IMG/VR virus record: IMGVR_UViG_3300010397_000044
Span: 14,735-78,734 of that record
Source: a virus
Length of the DNA stretch: 64,000 bases
Reading direction: 5' to 3' (one strand)
Shown here in pieces: positions 1 to 8,873 of the stretch. Position 1 is the first letter of the stretch, and every line of letters starts with the position of its first letter. The notes under the pieces are model-generated. The model did not search any database and had not been told where the DNA came from. It saw only the letters and a list, made by a program, of their open reading frames with translations. The position numbers and the translations under genes were made by a program.

Positions 1-11
1 AACAAAGCACT

Positions 12-221
12 ATGCGAAGGTTCACATTAAAACAAGATTATCAGGGATTCTATAAAGGAACTATCTTTGTCGGCCCAATATTCGCCACCGATACTCAACG
101 ACCAGCTTTTTACAGAGAGCAAGACGTAGAAGACCGAAAGGATAAAATCTACTATTACGCCTCTCATGTAACAGATAACCCACTTATTTTTGAAGAAATT
201 AAAACAGAAGAGAAACAATGA
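12..221 (+). CDS. hypothetical protein (69 aa)
   Basis: ORF with A-rich leader; ATGA overlap with the next gene. Confidence 0.6.
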   Translation: MRRFTLKQDYQGFYKGTIFVGPIFATDTQRPAFYREQDVEDRKDKIYYYASHVTDNPLIFEEIKTEEKQ

Positions 222-856
222 TTTGTGCCATCTGCAATAATGCCGCTCTCCCAAGGCTTAAAAAAGGGAATGTTCAATATTTTCAATGCACGAACTGTAA
301 GACTTTATTTTCTGGCCCATTGGATCAGGATGGAATGGTAGGTGGGGGGGCTGAACTGGAAAGAAATACACAGCAAAACCATGAACGAGTAACGCGTGTG
401 GAGGCTTTGACCAAATCCATAAAAAAAGAACACGTTTCCGTACTAGACTTCGGGGCCGGTCATGGGTTGTTGGTTAATGATTTAAAGGCCGCTGGATTCG
501 GAACAGTAGTAGGATATGATCCCTATAATGAAGAGTTTTTAAAACTACCGGAAAGCGAAAAATTTGATGTTATTTCTTGCGTGGAATGCTGCGAGCATTG
601 GTCAAGCCCGTACGTAGAGGTAAGCGTAATAAGACGCGCTTTAAAACCGGGGGGAATTATAATGTTTGAAACCAGCTTCGTACAGGTAGCGGAGGAAGAG
701 GGAATAGAGTTGGAGGATTTCTTCTATATCGATCCACGAGTGGGTCATAGTACAATCTTCTCTTACCATGGCTTAGACCTTCTTATGGCTTTAAACGGAT
801 TTATTCCACAGACTCACTACAACCGACACGTTAGGCTTTATAGAAAATACGCATGA
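218..856 (+). CDS. class I SAM-dependent methyltransferase with N-terminal Zn-ribbon
   Basis: CxxC...CxxC at the N-terminus; motif I VLDFGAGHG; GYDPY; FDVISCVECCEH; LKPGG. Confidence 0.85.
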   Translation: MICAICNNAALPRLKKGNVQYFQCTNCKTLFSGPLDQDGMVGGGAELERNTQQNHERVTRVEALTKSIKKEHVSVLDFGAGHGLLVNDLKAAGFGTVVGYDPYNEEFLKLPESEKFDVISCVECCEHWSSPYVEVSVIRRALKPGGIIMFETSFVQVAEEEGIELEDFFYIDPRVGHSTIFSYHGLDLLMALNGFIPQTHYNRHVRLYRKYA

Positions 857-1665
857 ACAGAAAAATATCTTTTGTTACCTTAACCCAAGGTAACCCAATA
901 GCTCTTAGAAGAACAATGGATAGTTTGCGGGGTATATGCGACAACTATGTGGTTGGGGATTTATGTGTATTTCGTGAAGATTCGGAAGCTATATCCGAAT
1001 TGAAGAACGACTACCCATTGCATCATGCAAGGACAAACTTCAACAGCCTTTATCAGCATGGCTTCTCTCATAACCTTAACTGTCTTGCGTCATTGGCCAA
1101 AAACGATATAGTCGTATATCTTAACGTTGGAGAGGTTATTGAATCTAATGAAAAGGACATATTGGCCACTATTTCGGATGAATACAATTGTTACTACATA
1201 GATCACGCTACAGAAAAACATAGATGGTTTCGTGTGTGGAATAGAACTGAAATGAAATGGAGCGGATTAATACATGAAGAAATAGTGGGGGATTATCGTC
1301 CATATCACAAGCCATTGTTCAGATTTGCAGATACAGAAAAGGACATGGTGGACCCTTTTAAGGCGGCAGTTTACAATGATATAAAAGAGATTGTTTATTG
1401 GCGGAATCTTATGCGAATAGTAGACGAACCAGAAGTATTAGGTGCAACTGCCGAAGGATGGGTTCATTTTGCTAAAGACAACTATTCTACGATGCAGGAG
1501 CGGTTGCTTAAAAAAGGGGTGAGGCCAAAAGCATTCGAGCCGTGGCTTGGAGACTTGAATATGTACTTGAATGACGTATACTCCAATCCAGAATTTGAAA
1601 AAGAAAGGTTTGAATCTAATCACATAATTGAGTTTCAGGGAGACCCCAAATATTTAGGAAAATGA
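853..1665 (+). CDS. glycosyltransferase, GT-A/GT2-like
   Basis: KISFVTLT..ALRRTMDSL..DNYVVGD start; RVWNR..KWSGLIHEEI motif typical of GT2 beta-glycosyltransferases. Confidence 0.65.
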   Translation: MNRKISFVTLTQGNPIALRRTMDSLRGICDNYVVGDLCVFREDSEAISELKNDYPLHHARTNFNSLYQHGFSHNLNCLASLAKNDIVVYLNVGEVIESNEKDILATISDEYNCYYIDHATEKHRWFRVWNRTEMKWSGLIHEEIVGDYRPYHKPLFRFADTEKDMVDPFKAAVYNDIKEIVYWRNLMRIVDEPEVLGATAEGWVHFAKDNYSTMQERLLKKGVRPKAFEPWLGDLNMYLNDVYSNPEFEKERFESNHIIEFQGDPKYLGK

Positions 1666-2681
1666 AATTCACAATATTGATCCCTCATTGGAAAAGTAAA
1701 ATAACGGTCTACGCCGTCTCTCAATTCCTTAGATATAGAGGGAAGCATGAAATAGATATTTGGATTATTGATAATTCATATCCAGATGAAAGTATTGAAT
1801 TGTTAAATCCTTTCCGGTTTGAAATTAGAATTATTAAAGCCAGACAAAATAACAAAATAACATCTCACGGGGTAGCTTTAGATTGGGGGATGTTTCATAG
1901 TAGGAATGAATGGGTAATTTGCGCTGAGTCTGATTCGTTCCCAACAGAAGACGGGTATTTAGACACATATGAGAATATTATAAAAATGGGATATGATGGC
2001 GCTGGAAGTTTATTGCAATTAAGCGGAGGACTATATAAACATCCTTGTGGTGCGTTGTATAAACGAAGCGTATGGAAAGAGGCGATGGAATATTTTACTA
2101 CTATTCCATATAATTATTATCCCAACTTCATGATGAGGGATAATTTCCCAGTACACGCAATGATTCATCATTCTTTGGTGGATCAGGTTGGAGAAAATCC
2201 AGAGGATTGGGTCGAATTGTCTGCTGAATACAAGGGGAATACGAAACAAATCATGAAAGAGAAAATGGAATATTATAAACCCGTTTGTGGGGCATTCCAT
2301 TCAGGAGCGGGAGGACGGCAGGAGTCCTTGAGGACATATGGACAACGAACCCACGAAACGGATGCCCCTCACATCATAGTTGGCAATAAAAACTCTAAAA
2401 TAATAGGTCGTTTGGGGATGGAGCCGGGGCAAGCTCTTCATTATTACGAAGTGGCTACCGGTAGAAAACTATGCTACATAGACACCAAGACAACTTGGAT
2501 GCCTAACAGAGAAAACGAACAACAAGAAAGGACGGTCATGTCCAATGGATTTACTCATTTATGGGCTGGGTCGTCATATTTAAGTATGAAAGGAACGGCA
2601 CTTAACGACGTATGGGAGCATAAAAACAAAATAGTAGAAGATTTATACAACACATTACCTAAACATCAAAGAATAGATTAA
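1662..2681 (+). CDS. glycosyltransferase family 2-like
   Basis: FTILIPHW..IWIIDNS; HGVALDWG; ICAESDSF (DxD-like). Confidence 0.7.
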   Translation: MKFTILIPHWKSKITVYAVSQFLRYRGKHEIDIWIIDNSYPDESIELLNPFRFEIRIIKARQNNKITSHGVALDWGMFHSRNEWVICAESDSFPTEDGYLDTYENIIKMGYDGAGSLLQLSGGLYKHPCGALYKRSVWKEAMEYFTTIPYNYYPNFMMRDNFPVHAMIHHSLVDQVGENPEDWVELSAEYKGNTKQIMKEKMEYYKPVCGAFHSGAGGRQESLRTYGQRTHETDAPHIIVGNKNSKIIGRLGMEPGQALHYYEVATGRKLCYIDTKTTWMPNRENEQQERTVMSNGFTHLWAGSSYLSMKGTALNDVWEHKNKIVEDLYNTLPKHQRID

Positions 2682-3497
2682 ATGGGAATTAATAGCAATT
2701 TTTTAAGCAGCGGAAACGCTGGTGACGCTATCGGAGCTTTGCCGGCCATAAGAGAATTTTACAGAAAAACAGGTATTAAGCCAACCCTCTACCTTAGAAA
2801 AGGGGTAGAAGCCTTCTATTACGAAGGCGCTGTTCATCCCGTTAAAGACCCAGAAACACAAAAAAATGTAATGCTCAATCAGAAAATGATTGACATGCTA
2901 ATTCCTTTGTTGAAATCACAATCGTTTTTGGAGGATGTAAAGACATATGCCGATGAAGAGATAGGGTGTGATTTGGACCAAATTCGGGAAACCAACGTAG
3001 GAATGCCCGGATTGAGCCTGAACCGTTGGTATTTTTATGTATATCCTGATTTGGCTTGTGATCTTTCAAAACCATGGCTAGAAGTACCTGATGCCGAAAA
3101 AGACTTAGCCAAAGGAAAGATTATCATTACCCGAACAGAACGTTATACGAATCCAAATATAGACTACTCTTTCCTCAAACCCTACGAAGATGAATTGATC
3201 TTTTCCGGAACCATGCGAGAGTATAACAACTTCTGTATGGGCTACGATCTCAATATAAAAAAACTGACGGTTGATAACTTTCTAACGTTGGCCCAAGCCA
3301 TAAAACAGTCCCGATTTCACGTGACTAACCAAACCATGGCCAACCAAATTTCGACCGGATTATGTCATCCATCCATATTGGAAGTGTGTACGTTTGCCCC
3401 TAATTGTATCCCAATTGGGGAAGATAGATACGACTTTCTCGCACAGAAGGGGCTTGAATATTATTTCGATGTATTGCATAAAAAAACCGCCCAATAA
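2682..3497 (+). CDS. glycosyltransferase, GT-B/GT9-like
   Basis: GNAGDAIGALPAIRE N-terminal motif; LAQAIKQSRFHVTNQT resembles the GT9 C-terminal motif. Confidence 0.6.
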   Translation: MGINSNFLSSGNAGDAIGALPAIREFYRKTGIKPTLYLRKGVEAFYYEGAVHPVKDPETQKNVMLNQKMIDMLIPLLKSQSFLEDVKTYADEEIGCDLDQIRETNVGMPGLSLNRWYFYVYPDLACDLSKPWLEVPDAEKDLAKGKIIITRTERYTNPNIDYSFLKPYEDELIFSGTMREYNNFCMGYDLNIKKLTVDNFLTLAQAIKQSRFHVTNQTMANQISTGLCHPSILEVCTFAPNCIPIGEDRYDFLAQKGLEYYFDVLHKKTAQ

Positions 3498-3506
3498 GAG
3501 CGGTTT
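3481..3506. terminator. bidirectional intrinsic terminator between convergent genes
   Basis: aaaaaaccgc-ccaataaga-gcggttt hairpin. Confidence 0.55.
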
Positions 3507-3529
3507 CGAGGTAAATACTAACCAATTGA

Positions 3530-3784
3530 CTACGCAAAGATTGTGGCAATAGAGGCTACTGTCTCTTGCACATAATACTTTGTGCCATTAGAGTCAGCAG
3601 CAGCACCAGAGGGGATGATAATAACCCCATATACATTGTAGCCGGAAGATAAGCTACGTGTGGGAGATGTAATACAATCCTGTACAATACACCCCTGAGT
3701 AGGAAAGCCTATTCTTTGGGATTGATCTCTTGCGAGAGTGGTCTGGTTAATCGCGTATACGTTGAAGAATGCTAAATTTGCCAT
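3530..3784 (-). CDS. hypothetical protein (84 aa), isolated minus-strand gene
   Basis: Clean ORF filling the intergenic space; beta-rich composition. Confidence 0.65.
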   Translation of the reverse strand: MANLAFFNVYAINQTTLARDQSQRIGFPTQGCIVQDCITSPTRSLSSGYNVYGVIIIPSGAAADSNGTKYYVQETVASIATIFA

Positions 3785-3838
3785 GGCTAAAAATTTCCAT
3801 GAAAATAAAAAGGTTTTGGGCCAAATAGTAAGTTATCC

Positions 3839-3846
3839 TATCTTCG
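3839..3846 (+). promoter_or_regulatory. Bacteroidota-type -7 promoter element (TATCTTCG)
   Basis: One mismatch to TAnnTTTG, 10 nt before the ATG at 3856. Confidence 0.5.
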
Positions 3847-3855
3847 AGGGGCAAG

Positions 3856-4023
3856 ATGGATGCAAAAAGTACACCTAAAAAAGAAATGAAACGATTAAAC
3901 GTGGATTTCCCCCTTCTCACAATTCAGAAGTTGGAAGTGTTCCGTCTGCAAAAAGGACTCTCTATGAGAGCCGCTATCCGGATGATTGTAAATGATTTTG
4001 TAAAAGATAAACCCCTCTATTAA
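3856..4023 (+). CDS. ribbon-helix-helix DNA-binding protein (55 aa, not in ORF track)
   Basis: MDAKSTPKKEMKRLNVDFPLLTIQKLEVFRLQKGLSMRAAIRMIVNDFVKDKPLY; strand-helix-helix pattern; stop abuts the groEL ATG. Confidence 0.7.
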   Translation: MDAKSTPKKEMKRLNVDFPLLTIQKLEVFRLQKGLSMRAAIRMIVNDFVKDKPLY

Positions 4024-5586
4024 ATGCGAAAAGCATCACTTTACGGCTCAGAAGCTAGGACTAAACTTGTAACCGGGATTGAGAAAATAGTCAAGGCCGT
4101 AGCCGTCACACTTGGCCCGTCAGGTAAGAATGTCATGATTGGCGGCAGCATGTGGACCGATACCGGAACAATTGCGCTGCCTAATATCTCCACAAAAGAC
4201 GGCTATCGTACAGCCAGATCGTTTGATGTTGATTGTCATTTTGAGCGTGTGGGAGTGGTGGCGGTAAAAGAAACCGCACAAAAGACTGTAGATGAGGCCG
4301 GAGATGGGACAAGCACAAGTTGTATTCTTGTAGAAGCTATTCTAAAAGAGGGACTTAAGCAAATAGAAGCAGGGGTAAATCCCATAGAAGTGAAGCGGAA
4401 TATCGACAAGGCGGTTGATATTTTTGTCACCAAATTAAGGAGTTTGGCTACACAAATAGGACAAGACTTCGATAAAATATTCAATGTAGCGACCGTTTCA
4501 GCCAATAACGATCCCGTAATAGGAAAATTAATCTCGGATGCTTTTAGGCAAATTGGTACGGAAGGGGTAGTGGATATTCAGGCAGGTGTTTCAAATGAAA
4601 CAGTAGTTAAGATTGCCAATGGGTACAAAATAAACAATGGTTATCTGAACAACATCTTTGTCAATAATGGCAGCAAGCAGAACTGCGAATTAGAGAACCC
4701 ACTTATTCTCTTATATCAAAATAAGATTACGCACCATACTCAGTTGGAAAGATCGTTACATATCGCTGCTGGGGCCGGACGCCCCATTTTAATAATTTGC
4801 GAAGATGCGGAAGGAGAGGGATTGGCTTATTTGGCAATTAATACAAAACAAGGGAAGATAAAAAGCTGCATCATCAAGGCCCCGGCTATCGGCGATGAAC
4901 GCAGGATTGAGATGGAAGATTTGGCCATTCTAACCGGTGGTAGTTATGTGTCCGACATTAGGGGTATAAACATCAAAGAAATTGAACCCAATAACCTTGG
5001 ACAGGCCGCCAAGATTATCGTCACCAAAGACGATACGGTTATTGTTTCTCCCGACACCGACAAAAGAGCATTGGAAGACCTGCTTAATGACCTTCGAATG
5101 AATCTGGCCCAATGCAAGAACGAGGATGAACGATACCCCATAGAAAAGAGAATAGCTAGATTACAAGGAGGGATAGCGGTCATTGAAGTAGGAGCGCCGA
5201 CAGAAACCGAAATGAAGGAGAAAATGGACCGGTTTGACGACGCCATTAGAGCCACAAAATCGGCTATTTCAGAGGGTTTCATAGTTGGAGGGGGCATGGC
5301 CTTTTTGAAGATAGATACGGGAAACGAGGTCATAGATAAGGCCAAAGAGAAGATTTTCGATCAGGTGTGTGAAAACGCCGGGGTAACGTCCGGGCCGTAC
5401 AAAGCTCAACTTAAAGAAGACAAGAACTTTAACTTAGGGTATAATGCCAAATCCGGGCTAGTGGAAGATTTAGTCGAAGCGGGAGTTATTGATCCGGTGA
5501 AAGTTATCCGTTGCGCTCTCCAAAATGCAGCCAGCAGCGCCGGAACAATCCTTACAACAGAAGCCCTTATTGTAGACGCCCCTTAA
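4024..5586 (+). CDS. groEL: chaperonin GroEL (phage-encoded)
   Basis: VAVTLGPSGKNV, TKDG, AGDGTST, ISANND-like, RIARLQGGIAVIEVGA, GVIDPVKV..ALQNAASSAG; no GGM tail. Confidence 0.97.
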   Translation: MRKASLYGSEARTKLVTGIEKIVKAVAVTLGPSGKNVMIGGSMWTDTGTIALPNISTKDGYRTARSFDVDCHFERVGVVAVKETAQKTVDEAGDGTSTSCILVEAILKEGLKQIEAGVNPIEVKRNIDKAVDIFVTKLRSLATQIGQDFDKIFNVATVSANNDPVIGKLISDAFRQIGTEGVVDIQAGVSNETVVKIANGYKINNGYLNNIFVNNGSKQNCELENPLILLYQNKITHHTQLERSLHIAAGAGRPILIICEDAEGEGLAYLAINTKQGKIKSCIIKAPAIGDERRIEMEDLAILTGGSYVSDIRGINIKEIEPNNLGQAAKIIVTKDDTVIVSPDTDKRALEDLLNDLRMNLAQCKNEDERYPIEKRIARLQGGIAVIEVGAPTETEMKEKMDRFDDAIRATKSAISEGFIVGGGMAFLKIDTGNEVIDKAKEKIFDQVCENAGVTSGPYKAQLKEDKNFNLGYNAKSGLVEDLVEAGVIDPVKVIRCALQNAASSAGTILTTEALIVDAP

Positions 5587-5595
5587 AATTTAACA

Positions 5596-5865
5596 ATGGC
5601 AACTATCAAAGCTACCAATGATTGGGTATTTATAGAACAGGATAAGAAAACAACAGAGTCTCATGGATTTACATTGCCGGATGCCTCAAAAGAAAAGCCA
5701 AGCGCCGGGATAATTGTTTCCATAGGCAGGCTTGTCAAAGACCCAGACATTAAGGCGGGGAAGGGGAAAAGGGCTTTATTTCATAAAGGAACCGGCTTTT
5801 CGATAAACTTTGAAGGCAAAGACTACCTTGTCATTCAGTCTGGGAATATAATCGGTGTTTCATGA
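5596..5865 (+). CDS. groES: co-chaperonin GroES
   Basis: IKATNDWVFIE, GFTLPDASKEKPSAGIIVSIG, EGKDYLVI..NIIGV; directly after groEL. Confidence 0.9.
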   Translation: MATIKATNDWVFIEQDKKTTESHGFTLPDASKEKPSAGIIVSIGRLVKDPDIKAGKGKRALFHKGTGFSINFEGKDYLVIQSGNIIGVS

Positions 5866-6395
5866 AGGCAGTGAACAATAAGATTTTGGTTACCTGCGAC
5901 ATGAAGCAAAAGGACCAAATAACCATAAACGGGTTTACCCTAAAGTGCGCTAATTCATATAACACCAACTATAGAGAGCGGAGCCCCGTGGTTTGTTCAA
6001 GAGTGGATACGGGGGAAATACTTATTGTTCACCACAATACGCTCTACACGCCATCCCCCTATCATTTAGGCGATAACCTATTTTCCATTCCATCCAATAG
6101 CAAAATACTATTTGCCAAGCTGGAAGAAGATTTAAGCCTTACTCCCCTTTTGGGACACTTCTTTTGTGAGCGGGTGGAAATACCTTCCGACTTTCCCTTG
6201 CCGCCAGAATACATTAAACACTACGACGACCGTGTTCGGGTAACTGATCCCGGGCAAACCCGCTATAAAACCGGCCAACTTCTCTTCACGAGACCATTTT
6301 CTTACTACGAAATAGTCTACATAATTAACAACCAGCAAAAACGGGTAATTCGATGCCACGAAGATATGGTTGTAGGGTATTTGATTGATAAATAA
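5862..6395 (+). CDS. tandem GroES-like co-chaperonin (177 aa)
   Basis: Two GroES-like segments (MKAVNNKILV...; LTPLLGHFFCERV...KTGQLLF...EDMVVG); overlaps the groES stop. Confidence 0.55.
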   Translation: MKAVNNKILVTCDMKQKDQITINGFTLKCANSYNTNYRERSPVVCSRVDTGEILIVHHNTLYTPSPYHLGDNLFSIPSNSKILFAKLEEDLSLTPLLGHFFCERVEIPSDFPLPPEYIKHYDDRVRVTDPGQTRYKTGQLLFTRPFSYYEIVYIINNQQKRVIRCHEDMVVGYLIDK

Positions 6396-6431
6396 GGATT
6401 TTTCTTATTTTTAGGTTAAAATATCCTCATT

Positions 6432-8873
6432 ATGGCCGAATTAACGCCGGGACAATCCCCTATTACTAATCCATTAGTAGAACGCTTCTTTTTGTCTCCG
6501 GCAGAGAAAGCCAGTCTTGAAAAGGGGAAAGCCATCGTTAAGGAATTTTACAGGCTCCAAACCTCCAATTCTGATAATAACAACTTCTTCAATCTCCGCA
6601 ATAAGCGGCAGGTGGAATTGCTTTTGTGGGCCAAGGGTAGCCAAAAAATGACCGAGTTCTTAGATTACATGAACGTGTCGGACGCAAACAAGGCTTGGAG
6701 CAATATAGACATGACCCAATCCAGGATTGGAGCCGAATTCGTTGGAACGCTGGTGGAAAGCATGGCAAAGAATAGAATCTACCCATGCGTTAAAGCGATA
6801 GATCAAGGCTCCTTAGATGAAAAAGAACAAAGGCTATTCGACGCACTCTTCAGGATGCACGAGGCGGAGACGGTAAATGCATTGCAGCAAGCGGCGGGAA
6901 TACAATTGGAGCCTACGACAGGATTTGTCCCAGATGATGAAATGGCGGCAAAGGTATATTTCGAAATGGAGGACCAATTGCCAAAGGAAATACGATTTGA
7001 GGCTATGCTAAAGCGCGTAATGGCAGATATAAGTTTTGAAACTGTCGCCAATCGAAAGACTTTGTTCGATCTAGTCGTTTTAAATGGCGGCTTTACCAAA
7101 ATAGAAAGATGCGGCCCCGGACAATATACCGTTCGAAAATGTATTACCCCCAACATGGTGTATAATTTCTTTCTCAGCGACAGCGGGAAGTTTGAAATAA
7201 CAGAGATTGGGGAATTTTACAATATCAAAGTAAAGGAGTTCAGACAGAAATTCCTAAAAACGGCAGACAACCCCAATGGTCTAACGGAAAAAGAGATTTA
7301 CGAACTAGCCAAACTGTCCACTAACAAAAACATAGGCCAATTTAATTATCAATGGAATGATGTATGGGCGCTCACTACTTATACATGGGAACGACCATAC
7401 GACGACTGTTCCATCCTTGTTTTGGACGTCGAAATAGATTGCGGCGAGGATGTATACTACGTTGAAAAGACTGATCCATATGGCCGCTCAAACATTACCC
7501 AGAAAAAGGGCATTCCATATCAGGAAAAAAGAAAAGACGGATCAGTTGTTCCCCAACCTGTCCCAGAAGGGACGCAAATCATAAAGAGGCGAAGGAATAG
7601 CTGGATGCGTGGGGTATATGCTCCATATGGGGATAAGATGCTATATTGGGGAGCGCCAGATATAATCATAACTCCTTTTACAAATACCTCCAAGCCACTA
7701 TCTTCTTATACAGCTAATATCTGTAATAATGACGGTGATTATGTTCCATCTCTCTTTGAAAGAGGCATGGAAATTCTGCGTGAATACCAATTGGCGAAGC
7801 TTAAAAGAAAGCAGCTAATAGCCAAGATAAAGCCATCGGGGATTAGGATTGACGTAGAGAGTGCCCGTAATATAGATTTGGGTAATGGGGATTCTATTGC
7901 ATGGGAAGAGGTCATGCGTATATACGATCAGACCGGTAACGAGGTGTGGTCCAGCCGTGGCATTGATCCATTGTCAAGAGAAGCGCCACCATTGAGCAAT
8001 ACTGTCCGGACGCCAGCCATTGAGGACGTAATAGGATTGACAAACATAATGGGCGGCATGATGCAGGAGCTTAGGCAGATTTGGGGCGTCCCATCCTATA
8101 GAGATGGCAGCGATGTGGGAGATAGAACACCGGCAAAATTGGCTGAAGGTCAAAACGAAAGCTCTTTCAATGTAACGGATTTCGTACAAAACGCCAATAA
8201 CCAACTTTGGCAAGAAACATTCTACAAACTTTGCCTACTTCATTGGAATGACATAGTAAAGGAAGAGCCGGAGTCAAAAGCGGACATGATCAATACAAGG
8301 TTTGACGTATCGGTAAGAATGAAATCCACAGACTATGAAAAACAATTGATAGAAAGAGATATTGACCGATATAGTCAAATGCCAGATGCAACTGGTAATC
8401 CTTCTCTTACTCTAAAGGACGCCATGATGATCCGGCAGATAGACGACTACAAACTAGCCTGTTATTATTTGGCGTCAACGGTTGAAAAGAACCAAAAACG
8501 TGCCCAGCAGGAAAAGGAACGACTCCAACAGCAAAATGCGAACGATCAACAGCAAAGCGCCATTGTAGCTGCCAAAGCCCAAGCGCAGGTAGATCAGCAA
8601 AAGAATGCTCAGCAAATGCAAATGGAGCAGGCTAAGTTTAAGCACGAAAAAGAAGTCGCTCTATTAAATGGAGTATTGGGGCTCATGCAAAAAACAGGCG
8701 GTGAAATACCGGACATTTTACAGCCGCTGGCCCAACAAATATTCCAAAACGTATCTATGGACGTAGTAATGGATAACATGGTTACAAAAATGGAGATTGG
8801 TCAAACCATGCAGGCCATGCAGCAATCACAACAGTCTCAGCAGCAAGAAGCGTCAGAACCTCAAATGCAGTAA
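6432..8873 (+). CDS. portal protein
   Basis: 813 aa; RIYPCVKAID, RIYDQTG motifs; Q-rich coiled-coil C-terminus; adjacent to terminase. Confidence 0.8.
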   Translation: MAELTPGQSPITNPLVERFFLSPAEKASLEKGKAIVKEFYRLQTSNSDNNNFFNLRNKRQVELLLWAKGSQKMTEFLDYMNVSDANKAWSNIDMTQSRIGAEFVGTLVESMAKNRIYPCVKAIDQGSLDEKEQRLFDALFRMHEAETVNALQQAAGIQLEPTTGFVPDDEMAAKVYFEMEDQLPKEIRFEAMLKRVMADISFETVANRKTLFDLVVLNGGFTKIERCGPGQYTVRKCITPNMVYNFFLSDSGKFEITEIGEFYNIKVKEFRQKFLKTADNPNGLTEKEIYELAKLSTNKNIGQFNYQWNDVWALTTYTWERPYDDCSILVLDVEIDCGEDVYYVEKTDPYGRSNITQKKGIPYQEKRKDGSVVPQPVPEGTQIIKRRRNSWMRGVYAPYGDKMLYWGAPDIIITPFTNTSKPLSSYTANICNNDGDYVPSLFERGMEILREYQLAKLKRKQLIAKIKPSGIRIDVESARNIDLGNGDSIAWEEVMRIYDQTGNEVWSSRGIDPLSREAPPLSNTVRTPAIEDVIGLTNIMGGMMQELRQIWGVPSYRDGSDVGDRTPAKLAEGQNESSFNVTDFVQNANNQLWQETFYKLCLLHWNDIVKEEPESKADMINTRFDVSVRMKSTDYEKQLIERDIDRYSQMPDATGNPSLTLKDAMMIRQIDDYKLACYYLASTVEKNQKRAQQEKERLQQQNANDQQQSAIVAAKAQAQVDQQKNAQQMQMEQAKFKHEKEVALLNGVLGLMQKTGGEIPDILQPLAQQIFQNVSMDVVMDNMVTKMEIGQTMQAMQQSQQSQQQEASEPQMQ

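Noticed and set aside
218-856. DNA methyltransferase
   Set aside because: Lacks DPPY/NPPY or PC motifs; resembles small-molecule/glycan methyltransferases and lies among glycosyltransferases
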